In this document: one piece after another, positions 48,241 through 57,170 of the stretch
How the letters are laid out: the number at the start of each line of letters is the position of its first letter
Position numbering within the stretch: the stretch's first letter is position 1
Virus record (IMG/VR): IMGVR_UViG_3300044825_002252
Location: 1-60,262 of that record
Reading direction: 5' to 3' (one strand)
Length of the DNA: 60,262 bases
Origin: a virus
Lineage: Duplodnaviria; Caudoviricetes
The notes under the pieces: model-generated
Database searches by the model: none
What the model was told of the DNA's origin: nothing
What the model saw: only the letters and a program-made list of their open reading frames with translations
Position numbers and translations under genes: made by a program

Positions 48241-51075
48241 ATGATATTAGATTTTAATTACGCATATAATAAGTACAACTTAAATGCGACTGGAATTATT
48301 CATATTGGTGGACATTATGGAAATGAGATAGAAAAATATAGGCAAAATAATATAAAAAATATAATATTATTTGAGCCATTATCATCTAATTTTTCAGTGC
48401 TTCAAAAAAATATTGAAGACATTAAGGAAAATGTAATCATACATCAAGTTGCACTAGGAAATGATAATCGTAGAGTTACTATGAATATTAGTAGTAACGA
48501 AGCTCAAAGTAGTTCCATTTTAACGCCAAAAGTTCATTTAACTGCTCACCCAGAGGTCTCTTTCAATGGGACAGAAGAAGTAGAAATGAAAAAACTAGAT
48601 GATTATAACTACAAGGATTATAACATGCTAGTAATTGATGTTCAAGGTTATGAGTTAGAAGTACTAAAAGGCGCGACTAATACATTAAACTATGTAAATT
48701 ACATTTATTGTGAAGTTAATAGAGATGAAGTCTATGAAGGTAATGCAAAAGTAGAAGAGATAGATAAGTTTCTTTTAAATTTTGGTTTTGAGAGAGTGGA
48801 AACTCAATGGTATTATACTCAAGTTTGGGGAGATGCTCTTTACATTAAAACAAAACCAAAAACAAAACCAAATATTTCCCTGATTTGTGCATGTAAAAAT
48901 AGATACAAGGCACTAAAATTGGCGGTTAATTCTTGGCTAATGTTTGATGAAATTAAAGAAATAATTATAGTAGATTGGAGTTCAGATGATTTAATTAATG
49001 ACTTAGTAAAATTAGATGATAGAATCAAAGTCATTAGAGTAAATGACAAAAAATATTTTAACTTATCTCAACCTTTAAATCTTGCTGCATCTTTTGCTAC
49101 ATGTGAGTATATATTGAAAGCTGATTGTGATTACATATTAAACCCATATTATAATTTTTTTGATAATTATAATATTGATGATAATTCATTTTTAAGTGGA
49201 AATCCAATATTTAAACATCACGAGGGAGAATTTGACGAAGATAATTTAAATTTACATAATATGCCTTTAGATGAAGTGGTAGATTATGTAAATTCACATG
49301 TACACTATTTTAAGTATCTAAAAGGACTTCTTTATGTTTCAAGATCTAATTTTAATAAAATAGGAGGATTTGACGAATCAATCCAGACATATGGATGGGA
49401 AGATGGAGAAATCATACAAAGACTGGAAAAATTAAATCTAGAGCACAAAAAAATCTATTTCGATTATAGTATTTTACATTTGCCACACCCAGACCGAAAA
49501 AGATTCGAAAATAGTGAAAATTATAGCCCAGAACGTGAAAATGAAATTAAAAATTATATTAGATCTGAATTCACAGAAGATGAATTAAATTGGCAAGTTG
49601 ATTATGTGTTAATAAATGAAATGACAGAAAAAAATAAACAAAAATTATTTGAACAAAATAAGATATACTCTAACGATCAAAATTATTACATAAAACCAGA
49701 AACAAATTGGAATATACAACAAATTGATGGTAATTATTATGTCGCAACGGAAATGAATAAAAATCAATCTATTTTGAATGGATTCCCATCTGTTTATTAT
49801 ATAAGTCTAGAAGAATCCAGTGATAGAAGACAAATTTTAGAGTATCAATTTTTGAGTTATGATATTAAATTAAATGCAATCATATCAAAAAGGCACGAAC
49901 AATCTGATGACATAATAAAAGGAGATTATATTCATACATTAAATAATGGAACAAAAGGTTGTTGCGTATCTCATCTGAAAGCAATTAAACGATGGTACGA
50001 AGAGACCGATGATGATTATGGTTTCTTTTGTGAAGATGATTTAAGTTTAGAGACTGTAGATTACTGGGACTTTACGTGGGAAGAATTTATAGAGTCTATT
50101 CCAGATGATGCAGAATGCGTTCAGTTGCTTACAATTAGAGATAACTATGAAACATATGAATTGAGGGAAAGATTGTGGAATGATTGGGGAGCCACAGCAT
50201 ACATTTTGACGAGAGCATATGCCAAAAAAATAATTGATACATTTATAGAAGAAGATGCATTCAATTTGAATTTACCTAATCAAAACGTGATGCCTTTAAT
50301 TGAGAATATTCTTTTCTCTAGTGTAGGAAAATGTTATACCATTCCTTTGTTTGTAGAAAATATTAATTTCCAATCAACTTTTGTTGACAAAGACGAAGAT
50401 GTAGTTGATGGACACAAAACTAATCATAAAAAAGCAGCAAATGTAGTTTTAAATTATTGGAAAAATAAAAATAATGAAGATGTAATTACACTTGATACTC
50501 TTTTGAGTGATTATTCCATAGACACGGAAAATCCAAACCATAATTTCAATCTAGGACTTTGGTATGAAAATCAAGGCCATACTGCCCCAGCATTATCATA
50601 CTACTTGAGATGCGCAGAAAGAGCATATGAATCAGATTCTGATCTTGCATATGAAGCGTTAATTCGTGGATCATTTTGTTACGAAAAACAAGGAACAAGA
50701 GATGGTAGTTCTAGATCTTTACTTTTTCAAGCACAAGCATATAGAACAGACAGACCTGAAGCATATTTTCTACTCAGTTCTTTTGCACAAAAAAGAGAAT
50801 GGTGGCAAGATTGTTATATAAATGCAGATCTTGCACTGAAATATTGTAACTTTGATTGTTTGCCATTGAGAACTTCCGTAAAGTATCCAGGTAAATATGG
50901 ATTACTATTTCAGAAAGCTATTGGTGGATGGTGGTGGGGAAAATCTGATCAAAGTAGATCTTTATTGATGGAAATCATAAATGATTACGATTTAGAAGAC
51001 GATGAGTATCAGGTAATGTGTGATACTTTGAAGAAAATGGGAATTGAGATTTCCGAAGAACGGAATGGACAGTGA
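48241..51075 (+). CDS. Multidomain glycan-modifying enzyme: FkbM methyltransferase + GT2/GT7-like + GT25-like + TPR-like
   Basis: IIHIGGHYG/FEP/IDVQGYELEVLKG; ACKNR/IIIVDWSS/KADCD/GGFDE..YGWEDGE; YYISLEESSDRR/GCCVSHLKAI/CEDD; helical C-terminus with RPEAYFLL. Confidence 0.8.
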   Translation: MILDFNYAYNKYNLNATGIIHIGGHYGNEIEKYRQNNIKNIILFEPLSSNFSVLQKNIEDIKENVIIHQVALGNDNRRVTMNISSNEAQSSSILTPKVHLTAHPEVSFNGTEEVEMKKLDDYNYKDYNMLVIDVQGYELEVLKGATNTLNYVNYIYCEVNRDEVYEGNAKVEEIDKFLLNFGFERVETQWYYTQVWGDALYIKTKPKTKPNISLICACKNRYKALKLAVNSWLMFDEIKEIIIVDWSSDDLINDLVKLDDRIKVIRVNDKKYFNLSQPLNLAASFATCEYILKADCDYILNPYYNFFDNYNIDDNSFLSGNPIFKHHEGEFDEDNLNLHNMPLDEVVDYVNSHVHYFKYLKGLLYVSRSNFNKIGGFDESIQTYGWEDGEIIQRLEKLNLEHKKIYFDYSILHLPHPDRKRFENSENYSPERENEIKNYIRSEFTEDELNWQVDYVLINEMTEKNKQKLFEQNKIYSNDQNYYIKPETNWNIQQIDGNYYVATEMNKNQSILNGFPSVYYISLEESSDRRQILEYQFLSYDIKLNAIISKRHEQSDDIIKGDYIHTLNNGTKGCCVSHLKAIKRWYEETDDDYGFFCEDDLSLETVDYWDFTWEEFIESIPDDAECVQLLTIRDNYETYELRERLWNDWGATAYILTRAYAKKIIDTFIEEDAFNLNLPNQNVMPLIENILFSSVGKCYTIPLFVENINFQSTFVDKDEDVVDGHKTNHKKAANVVLNYWKNKNNEDVITLDTLLSDYSIDTENPNHNFNLGLWYENQGHTAPALSYYLRCAERAYESDSDLAYEALIRGSFCYEKQGTRDGSSRSLLFQAQAYRTDRPEAYFLLSSFAQKREWWQDCYINADLALKYCNFDCLPLRTSVKYPGKYGLLFQKAIGGWWWGKSDQSRSLLMEIINDYDLEDDEYQVMCDTLKKMGIEISEERNGQ

Positions 51076-51122
51076 AAAAACTGTCCACATGATTGCAAAT
51101 CAGATGTGAACTGAGCTACGCT
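51066..51122 (+). promoter_or_regulatory. Dyad + hairpin + -10 cassette, copy 1 (degenerate)
   Basis: TGGACAG-N8-CTGTCCA; imperfect hairpin CACAT..ATGTG; possible -10 TACGCT. Confidence 0.45.
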
Positions 51123-51142
51123 AAGAGCAAATGAATGATCAC

Positions 51143-51250
51143 ATGAATTCAAAAAATTTAGATAGACTCTTGTTTTTGGTTTCATTTTTCTGGTTTATGA
51201 ATTGGCTCACTAGACTCACATATGCATTTTTAGTTTATGTTGGATCTTGA
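51143..51250 (+). CDS. 35-aa hydrophobic peptide (absent from the ORF track; alternative start 51131)
   Basis: MNSKNLDRLLFLVSFFWFMNWLTRLTYAFLVYVGS*. Confidence 0.45.
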   Translation: MNSKNLDRLLFLVSFFWFMNWLTRLTYAFLVYVGS

Positions 51251-51671
51251 AATTGTTAATTGCAAAAGACGTGAACCACTTTGCATTGACATTGTAGAGT
51301 GGTTTTACTACAGGAACTTAACTGATTATACATTAGAAATCATAATTGAACATAAAAATTTAAAGAAAGATGAAGTGTATGGTTACTGTGATGTTTCTCC
51401 CTATGAAGAAAACCCAAAAACCCCAAGAAGTTTTTTAATTGAAATTGAAAAGACGTTGAAGACAGATGATTACATTAAAATTATCCTCCATGAATTATAC
51501 CATGTTTTTCAATTTTGTAAAGGAGACCTTAGGTTAAGGGATAAAGGAAGATATTGGAAGGGAAATCTAATTGAAAATCTTGATTATGAAGAACAACCAC
51601 ATGAAATTGAAGCAAATGAATATGAATTAAAACTTTATCATGAATTCCTGACATTCTTAGATAATGCTTGA
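51237..51671 (+). CDS. HEXXH zinc-metallopeptidase-like protein
   Basis: ILHELYHVFQF..YEEQPHEIEA. Confidence 0.7.
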   Translation: MLDLEIVNCKRREPLCIDIVEWFYYRNLTDYTLEIIIEHKNLKKDEVYGYCDVSPYEENPKTPRSFLIEIEKTLKTDDYIKIILHELYHVFQFCKGDLRLRDKGRYWKGNLIENLDYEEQPHEIEANEYELKLYHEFLTFLDNA

Positions 51672-51696
51672 CAAAACCCTAAAACAGCAGTAGAAT
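51668..51696 (+). promoter_or_regulatory. Sigma70-type early promoter
   Basis: TTGACA (51668-73), 17 nt spacer, TAGAAT (51691-96). Confidence 0.8.
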
Positions 51697-51802
51697 CAGC
51701 TTTGTCAGGTTTGAAGATAAATTATATACTTAATTAATTCATAAGAACTTAATAATAAAAATAGTTTAGATTATTTTCGAAGAAAAGTTTCCGAAGGAAA
51801 CT

Positions 51803-51859
51803 ATCCACTTTATAAAGTGTCATAAGGACTATCTAGGTAGTCCTTTTTTGCTGTATCAT
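51803..51859 (+). promoter_or_regulatory. Dyad + hairpin/terminator + -10 cassette, copy 2
   Basis: CACTTT-AT-AAAGTG dyad; AAGGACTATC/GGTAGTCCTT hairpin + T-run; TATCAT at 51854. Confidence 0.6.
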
Positions 51860-51881
51860 TAAGGAAATCAACCAACTGACC

Positions 51882-53102
51882 ATGAAACTCCGTATCCATC
51901 AACAACGAGCTATTGATTCCATGTCAGTTCATGACAAAGGAATTGTTACTATGACAACTGGTGCTGGTAAAACCAATGTTGGAATTGTTGATGTAATGCG
52001 TCAGTTTGAACTGAATGAACCACAAACTATTTGTATCGTTGCTCCTAGAATTCTTCTAGCTTGTCAGTTGAGTTCTGAGTATCTAGAGCATATCAAGAAT
52101 GCTCGTGTACTTCATGTGCACTCTGGAAAAGTTCAACACTATCATACCACAAAAACTAAAAATATTCAAGAATGGATGCAGATCCATAAGAATCACCATA
52201 AGATCATTTTTACCACATATAACTCTCTTCGTCGCATTCAGGAAGCCAATATCAAGATCAATACTTACATCATGGATGAAGCACATAATTCTGTGAAAAG
52301 ATCTTTCTTTGAGCATGTAGAGAATGCATCTAAAACATCTGATCGTTGTTTCTTCTTTACTGCAACGCCAAAGACAAGTTCTGTCTACGATAAGCCAGGT
52401 ATGAATTTGTCTGAGATTTATGGCAATAATATTTGTAATGTATCTGCACCTGAATTGATTCAAAATGGTTATATTGTTCGACCAAGAGTTGTTACTGCTG
52501 AGCTCGAATCTGTGATTGATAATGTTGCAGAAAGAGATCGTAATCATCTACTTCAAATTATTGACGAACAAAAACTCAATAAGATCATGGTTGCAGTGAA
52601 GACCACAAAGAATATGATGGCACTATTTGCTGAGACTGATTTTCAACAACAACTGAAAGATCGTGGTTATTCACTACTTCACATTACATCACAGCATGGT
52701 GCATACATTGATGGTGTAAATGTAAACCGAGAGAAATTCTTTCGTACTTTGAATTCATGGGGTAAAATTGACTCTAAGAAATTCATTGTCATGAATCACA
52801 GCATTCTTGGTGAAGGTATCAATATTTCTTGTCTGGATGCTGTGTGTTTTATGCGTTCTTTGGATGTGACATCCATGCTCCAGAACATTGGTCGTACACT
52901 TCGTCTACATCCAGATGATGCTGCTGGTATGCAAAATGGTAGTGTAATTCCTGGTGATCTTACTACTTACTTAAAGCCAGAAGGTGTTGTGATCTGTCCA
53001 GTATTCAATAAGAGTACATCAAATTCTGCCAATCAAGTTCAAAATATTGTAGATGCAGTGTTTCAACGAGGAGAACTGGTTGCACAAGAAATTCAAAAAT
53101 AA
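51882..53102 (+). CDS. Superfamily 2 DEAD/DEAH-like helicase (Res-subunit-like)
   Basis: Q-motif LRIHQQRA, Walker A TGAGKT, VAPRILL, DEAH, TAT, LGEGINI, QNIGRTLR. Confidence 0.85.
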   Translation: MKLRIHQQRAIDSMSVHDKGIVTMTTGAGKTNVGIVDVMRQFELNEPQTICIVAPRILLACQLSSEYLEHIKNARVLHVHSGKVQHYHTTKTKNIQEWMQIHKNHHKIIFTTYNSLRRIQEANIKINTYIMDEAHNSVKRSFFEHVENASKTSDRCFFFTATPKTSSVYDKPGMNLSEIYGNNICNVSAPELIQNGYIVRPRVVTAELESVIDNVAERDRNHLLQIIDEQKLNKIMVAVKTTKNMMALFAETDFQQQLKDRGYSLLHITSQHGAYIDGVNVNREKFFRTLNSWGKIDSKKFIVMNHSILGEGINISCLDAVCFMRSLDVTSMLQNIGRTLRLHPDDAAGMQNGSVIPGDLTTYLKPEGVVICPVFNKSTSNSANQVQNIVDAVFQRGELVAQEIQK

Positions 53103-53140
53103 TGGTGTTATAACTAGTTAAATCTGAAAAAGAGGTAATC

Positions 53141-53560
53141 ATGCAAATTCTCACATCAGAAAATACAACTCTACGGAAGAAATCCAAGAGAGTTTCAGCA
53201 ATTGATGATTCTGTAAGGAATTTAGCATATTCTATGATTAAAACCATGTACGATGCGAATGGCGTTGGTTTATCTGCTGTTCAAATTGGAATTTTAAAGC
53301 AAATTGTTGTAATTGATAATTTTGGTGAACCAATCGTGATGGTCAATCCATTGATCACTAAAGTTTCTGAAGAAACTATTGAAATGGAAGAGGGTTGCTT
53401 ATCTTGTCCTGATGTTTTCAAGAAAATAACTCGTCCAAAAAGTTTAAATGTCAAGTATCGTGATTTAAAAGGAAAACCACATTTTGAATTTTATGACGGA
53501 CTTATTGCTCGAATTATTCAACATGAGATACTGCACTTATACGGAGAACTTATCGTATGA
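53141..53560 (+). CDS. def: Peptide deformylase (short viral type)
   Basis: Motifs GVGLSAVQIG, EGCLS and QHEILHLYG; GAGGT RBS; no C-terminal helix. Confidence 0.9.
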   Translation: MQILTSENTTLRKKSKRVSAIDDSVRNLAYSMIKTMYDANGVGLSAVQIGILKQIVVIDNFGEPIVMVNPLITKVSEETIEMEEGCLSCPDVFKKITRPKSLNVKYRDLKGKPHFEFYDGLIARIIQHEILHLYGELIV

Positions 53561-53721
53561 TCACCACACAAACAAAGGCGGCATTCGAAAGAATAGAAGA
53601 AGCATTAGTAGGTAAGACTGACGATCGATTGGATCTTTTAATTGCAAATCTTGATCGACTTCTAGAGAAAGCAAAAGAAATTAAAAAAATTTCAACTCAG
53701 AATCGAATTGGCGATTACTGA
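53557..53721 (+). CDS. 54-aa hypothetical protein (absent from the ORF track)
   Basis: ATGA overlap with def; MITTQTKAAFERIEEALVGKTDDRLDLLIANLDRLLEKAKEIKKISTQNRIGDY*. Confidence 0.55.
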   Translation: MITTQTKAAFERIEEALVGKTDDRLDLLIANLDRLLEKAKEIKKISTQNRIGDY

Positions 53722-53779
53722 CAGCCAATTTAAAAACTGTCTACTTCAATGGTAATCATTGAATTTTTTATGGTAGAAT
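53719..53779 (+). promoter_or_regulatory. Dyad + hairpin/terminator + -10 cassette, copy 3
   Basis: GCCAATTTAAAAACTGTC; TTCAATG-N5-CATTGAA hairpin + T6; TGG-TAGAAT (extended -10) at 53771-53779. Confidence 0.6.
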
Positions 53780-53802
53780 TCTTTTGTACATGATAATTGA
53801 CC

Positions 53803-54033
53803 ATGGATCAAAACGACATTACTGTCACACTTACAGAAGTGGAGCACGAACTGATTAATGACATTCTGCTACATGCCCTAGAGTCCATTCATCTTGTAGC
53901 ACCTTATAATGCTGGAATCTGGGATTTGCCTATTGACAGTCCTATTCTTCAACGCTATACTTTGATTGAAAACCTGAAAGAACGATTCAATCTTCTTTGG
54001 GCAGATCGTTTCGAAACTGGAGATTCTCTGTGA
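53803..54033 (+). CDS. Hypothetical protein
   Basis: First ATG after cassette 3. Confidence 0.55.
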   Translation: MDQNDITVTLTEVEHELINDILLHALESIHLVAPYNAGIWDLPIDSPILQRYTLIENLKERFNLLWADRFETGDSL

Positions 54034-54299
54034 AATTTTGTGACCTTGACTTTCATTCACACGGCTCTTTCCCAGATGGTATTGCTGCACGATACTTTTT
54101 TCCGAATGGATATGGGGTGAGTGTAGTACAATTTCCTGGATCTTATGGTTACGAAGAAGGACTATATGAAGTGGCAGTCCTCAAAGGACTTGAAGAAAAC
54201 TGGGAAATATTCTATGATAATCACATCACTGACGATGTGATTGGATATCAAACGGTAGATAATATTGATAATCTTCTCTCACAAGTTGAATCTCTTTAA
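54030..54299 (+). CDS. Conserved-looking phage hypothetical protein
   Basis: GTGA overlap start; F.NGYGVSVV..SYG..GLYEVAVL..ITDDVIG motif. Confidence 0.65.
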   Translation: MKFCDLDFHSHGSFPDGIAARYFFPNGYGVSVVQFPGSYGYEEGLYEVAVLKGLEENWEIFYDNHITDDVIGYQTVDNIDNLLSQVESL

Positions 54300-54301
54300 T
54301 T

Positions 54302-54493
54302 ATGAAAACTTCTACTACAGTCGGTATAATTTTTGTTGCTGTTATTATTGTAACTTTCAGCATCTTATTTGAGGCATGGTTGCTTGGACTTATTCTTTCC
54401 TGGTTCAATGTATCCTTGACTTTCTGGCAGAACCTTGCTATTGTGGCTCTTGCTAATATGATTTTCAAAAACACTGGAGTGTCTTCTAAATGA
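54302..54493 (+). CDS. Small membrane protein
   Basis: 63 aa, two hydrophobic segments. Confidence 0.6.
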   Translation: MKTSTTVGIIFVAVIIVTFSILFEAWLLGLILSWFNVSLTFWQNLAIVALANMIFKNTGVSSK

Positions 54494-54897
54494 AAAACCA
54501 AAACGGATTTATTGACCCTACTATTGCTGTTGGTCTTCTTTGTGTAGGTGGATTTGCTGCTCTTCTGTTTATTGGTGGTCCACAATACAATGTGTGGCAA
54601 CAATCTCTTGCTGGTAAGGCAGAACTGCAAAAGGCAGAATATACTCGCCAGGTAGCAGTTCTGGAAGCACAAGCAAAGAAAGACTCAGCACAACAACTTG
54701 CTGATGCTGAGATTATCCGTGCAACTGGTGTTGCCAAAGCAAACCAAATCATTGGTGATTCGTTGAAAGACAATCGTGAGTATCTTCAGTATCTGTATAT
54801 TACTGGTCTGGAAGATGGTAGCAAGAATGGCAATGTAACCATTTATGTTCCTACTGAAGGTGGTATGCCTGTGCCAACTCTACAGATGAACAAGTGA
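54490..54897 (+). CDS. Membrane-anchored protein with SPFH/prohibitin-like coiled-coil C-terminus
   Basis: N-terminal TM segment; AEIIRATGVAKANQIIGDSL..YLQYLYI..IYVPTE. Confidence 0.65.
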   Translation: MKNQNGFIDPTIAVGLLCVGGFAALLFIGGPQYNVWQQSLAGKAELQKAEYTRQVAVLEAQAKKDSAQQLADAEIIRATGVAKANQIIGDSLKDNREYLQYLYITGLEDGSKNGNVTIYVPTEGGMPVPTLQMNK

Positions 54898-54952
54898 CAG
54901 TTTAAAGACTGTCACATCAGCACTCCAGAGTGGTTCTGGAGTGCTTTATAAT
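54894..54952 (+). promoter_or_regulatory. Dyad + hairpin + -10 cassette, copy 4 (best conserved)
   Basis: GTGACAGT-TTAAAG-ACTGTCAC; AGCACTCCAGA-GTGGT-TCTGGAGTGCT; TATAAT at 54947. Confidence 0.75.
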
Positions 54953-54974
54953 GGTTTCGTACACAACAATAACA

Positions 54975-55247
54975 ATGACTGAATTCATTCATGCCTGCAA
55001 AGACTGTAAGCATTGTCGCTTGATTCCTGGTCTTTTTCATGTTTGCGAAAAGCATTATGTTGAAGAATTAGATTATATCAATGGTAAAGTTTATGCTGTT
55101 GATATGATTTGCATAGAAGTTAGAAAAGATAAGTCTCTTTGTGGGAAACATGGTAAAGATTTTGTACAAAGAGAACAACCACTTGAAGATGATAAATCTA
55201 AATCTACCTGGTGGCGCATCAAACAGATGATCAAACAACTATTCTGA
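54975..55247 (+). CDS. Cys-rich hypothetical protein (start revised to ATG 54975)
   Basis: CKDCKHC..C..C..CG pattern; first ATG downstream of the predicted transcription start of cassette 4. Confidence 0.6.
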   Translation: MTEFIHACKDCKHCRLIPGLFHVCEKHYVEELDYINGKVYAVDMICIEVRKDKSLCGKHGKDFVQREQPLEDDKSKSTWWRIKQMIKQLF

Positions 55248-55254
55248 AAATCCT

Positions 55255-55803
55255 ATGACTATTGAAGGCTCAGTTAAGTTTATCTACGAAACCAAAACAA
55301 TTGGACATCCCCAGTATCATGAGGCATATCCAGATATGATTGACGATCAGACTATCACGATGGAAGTACCTTCCACTGAAATGAATGTCTACCAGCATTT
55401 TAATCTGTTCAATTCATTTCTTCGTGCAGTTGGTTTTGATGAACTAACAATTATGAGAGGTGCAACTGGACTTGCATTTAGTGATATGCGCAAAGACGAA
55501 GATATGCGCAAAGTTGCAGATGAGCATGACATCATGATGTCAGAACATCATGATCGAATTGTTTCGGATTTAGAAAAAGAAATTTTGGATTTAAAGGCAA
55601 AGCTATCAAGATTTGAGAACCCCAGTAATCCAAATTACACAGACGAAGAAATGGATGCCATGACCGCCTGGAATGGTTCAATTCCTGGGTCACCAAGCGC
55701 AATTGCTTCTGGTTGTAAGTGTCCTGTGATGGACAATGAAGAAATGCCTGAAGAGCGTAAGTGGGTGAATGCCGATTGTCCAATTCATGGTAAAGTAAAA
55801 TGA
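55255..55803 (+). CDS. Hypothetical protein with C-terminal Cys/His cluster
   Basis: PGSPSAIASGCKCPVMDN..DCPIHG. Confidence 0.6.
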   Translation: MTIEGSVKFIYETKTIGHPQYHEAYPDMIDDQTITMEVPSTEMNVYQHFNLFNSFLRAVGFDELTIMRGATGLAFSDMRKDEDMRKVADEHDIMMSEHHDRIVSDLEKEILDLKAKLSRFENPSNPNYTDEEMDAMTAWNGSIPGSPSAIASGCKCPVMDNEEMPEERKWVNADCPIHGKVK

Positions 55804-55997
55804 CTGATAGAGCAAAAGAGTTTATGAGTTTTGTGTGGGATCAGCGAAATAACCAAGGCGCTGATACTGAGGAAAAGTTAGTTGCTGCTATTCTTTCTCT
55901 TGCCGCTGAGTATGTGAGGTATTATGTGGCACAAAATGATCTTATCGTTTTAGATAAGAATGATATGCTACAACTTGCTGAGGAACTGAGACAGTGA
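55800..55997 (+). CDS. Hypothetical protein (MTDRAK.. family, resembles 58411)
   Basis: ATGA overlap; MTDRAKEFM..VAAIL..LAEEL versus MTERAKKIM..VAAAL..LADEL. Confidence 0.6.
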   Translation: MTDRAKEFMSFVWDQRNNQGADTEEKLVAAILSLAAEYVRYYVAQNDLIVLDKNDMLQLAEELRQ

Positions 55998-56269
55998 AAC
56001 TCATTAAATTCTCTCACCATGAAGATTTTGGACACGAGTGGTATGTTCAATTTTTATTTACAGACCGTTGGGCACTCTTTCAAGGTTCTGTGAGTTGGAA
56101 TGATTTTCCTGGTTGGCCTTATATTCAAATCAAATCTGGAACTGGTAGTGTTCTAAGCATTATATTCTGGACATACAAGTTTGGATTTGATATTGGTATT
56201 TGCGAACATACCTGGAATTTTGAGTATCTTAATGACATTGAAGGGGAAGACCATGAATCAACTACCTGA
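55994..56269 (+). CDS. Aromatic-rich hypothetical protein
   Basis: GTGA overlap start; EDFGHEWYVQ..FGFDI. Confidence 0.6.
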   Translation: MKLIKFSHHEDFGHEWYVQFLFTDRWALFQGSVSWNDFPGWPYIQIKSGTGSVLSIIFWTYKFGFDIGICEHTWNFEYLNDIEGEDHESTT

Positions 56270-56408
56270 TAAAGAACAACTGGATGCAATGTGGATGCTT
56301 GCCACAAATGCCAGTTTTGAAACTGGCACAAGACCTCACTATGGATTCGCAGATCTGCTGTATGATTATCTCAACGACATCGATCAATCAGCAGGACTTA
56401 CAGAATGA
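56253..56408 (+). CDS. Hypothetical protein (start revised to ATG 56253)
   Basis: GGGGA RBS-like sequence; MNQLPDKEQLDAMW... Confidence 0.55.
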   Translation: MNQLPDKEQLDAMWMLATNASFETGTRPHYGFADLLYDYLNDIDQSAGLTE

Positions 56409-56680
56409 GCGGCGGACACTTTGGAGATTACTGCTATTTTCAGGTCTCCCAATTTGCCAGAGATTTAGAGGAAGAGATTAAAAATAATTCTACTCCAGAT
56501 GAATATGGATATACTAACAACTATTCACCTGAAGTGATTGAGTATCTTGAGGAACAGGTTCATTATCTTCACAAGATTTCGGACATTATGTACCACATTG
56601 ACCGTCTTTATTCTGGTGACCACGGAGAAGATAGTTTTATGGAACGGGTGAAAGAAGTTGAGGAAAAGTATGGCAGTTGA
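56405..56680 (+). CDS. Hypothetical protein (MSGGHF..SGDHGEDSF type)
   Basis: ATGA overlap; motif pattern common in phage early regions. Confidence 0.65.
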   Translation: MSGGHFGDYCYFQVSQFARDLEEEIKNNSTPDEYGYTNNYSPEVIEYLEEQVHYLHKISDIMYHIDRLYSGDHGEDSFMERVKEVEEKYGS

Positions 56681-57170
56681 ACTGATATCACAACCTTATT
56701 ATGGTTTCACCTATCCTATTCTTAGTGATGGTGTAGTAAAAACATTTATTCATAAGTCTTGCGAACCAAAGGGATTCATTCGTGATATACTTTCCTTTAC
56801 AGAAAATCTAATTGGTATTGATTTTAAGGCAGTAAAAAAACAAAGGAACGCAGAACTTAAGTTTTTTGAAATTCCACTAATTGCAAATGAACCGACTTAT
56901 GTTGGACTTGCTGTTCCTTATGTTTCCCGTGTTGGTAATACTTGGAATCTTTATGTAAAAACAAATCCAGTATCTTCAAAAAAATGGATCTATCTTCACG
57001 AGTTCGGTCACTTTCTTGGAATGGAACATCCATTTGATGATAATGATAATGATGTATGGTATGGTGAATCTACAAATGATACTGTAATGTCCTATAACTA
57101 TCAACCAAGTTCCTATTGGTGGTTTAGGCGGGCAGATATTGATACGATTACTGGTATGTGGGTCGGTTGA
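56670..57170 (+). CDS. Minimal metzincin (M10/matrixin-like) zinc protease
   Basis: HEFGHFLGMEH (HEXXHXXGXXH) and Met-turn TVMSY; GAGG RBS before ATG 56670. Confidence 0.75.
   Translation: MAVELISQPYYGFTYPILSDGVVKTFIHKSCEPKGFIRDILSFTENLIGIDFKAVKKQRNAELKFFEIPLIANEPTYVGLAVPYVSRVGNTWNLYVKTNPVSSKKWIYLHEFGHFLGMEHPFDDNDNDVWYGESTNDTVMSYNYQPSSYWWFRRADIDTITGMWVG

Noticed and set aside
51882-53102. Type III restriction-modification system
   Set aside because: Helicase core only: no nuclease domain and no adjacent DNA methyltransferase. The FkbM domains are not DNA methylases.
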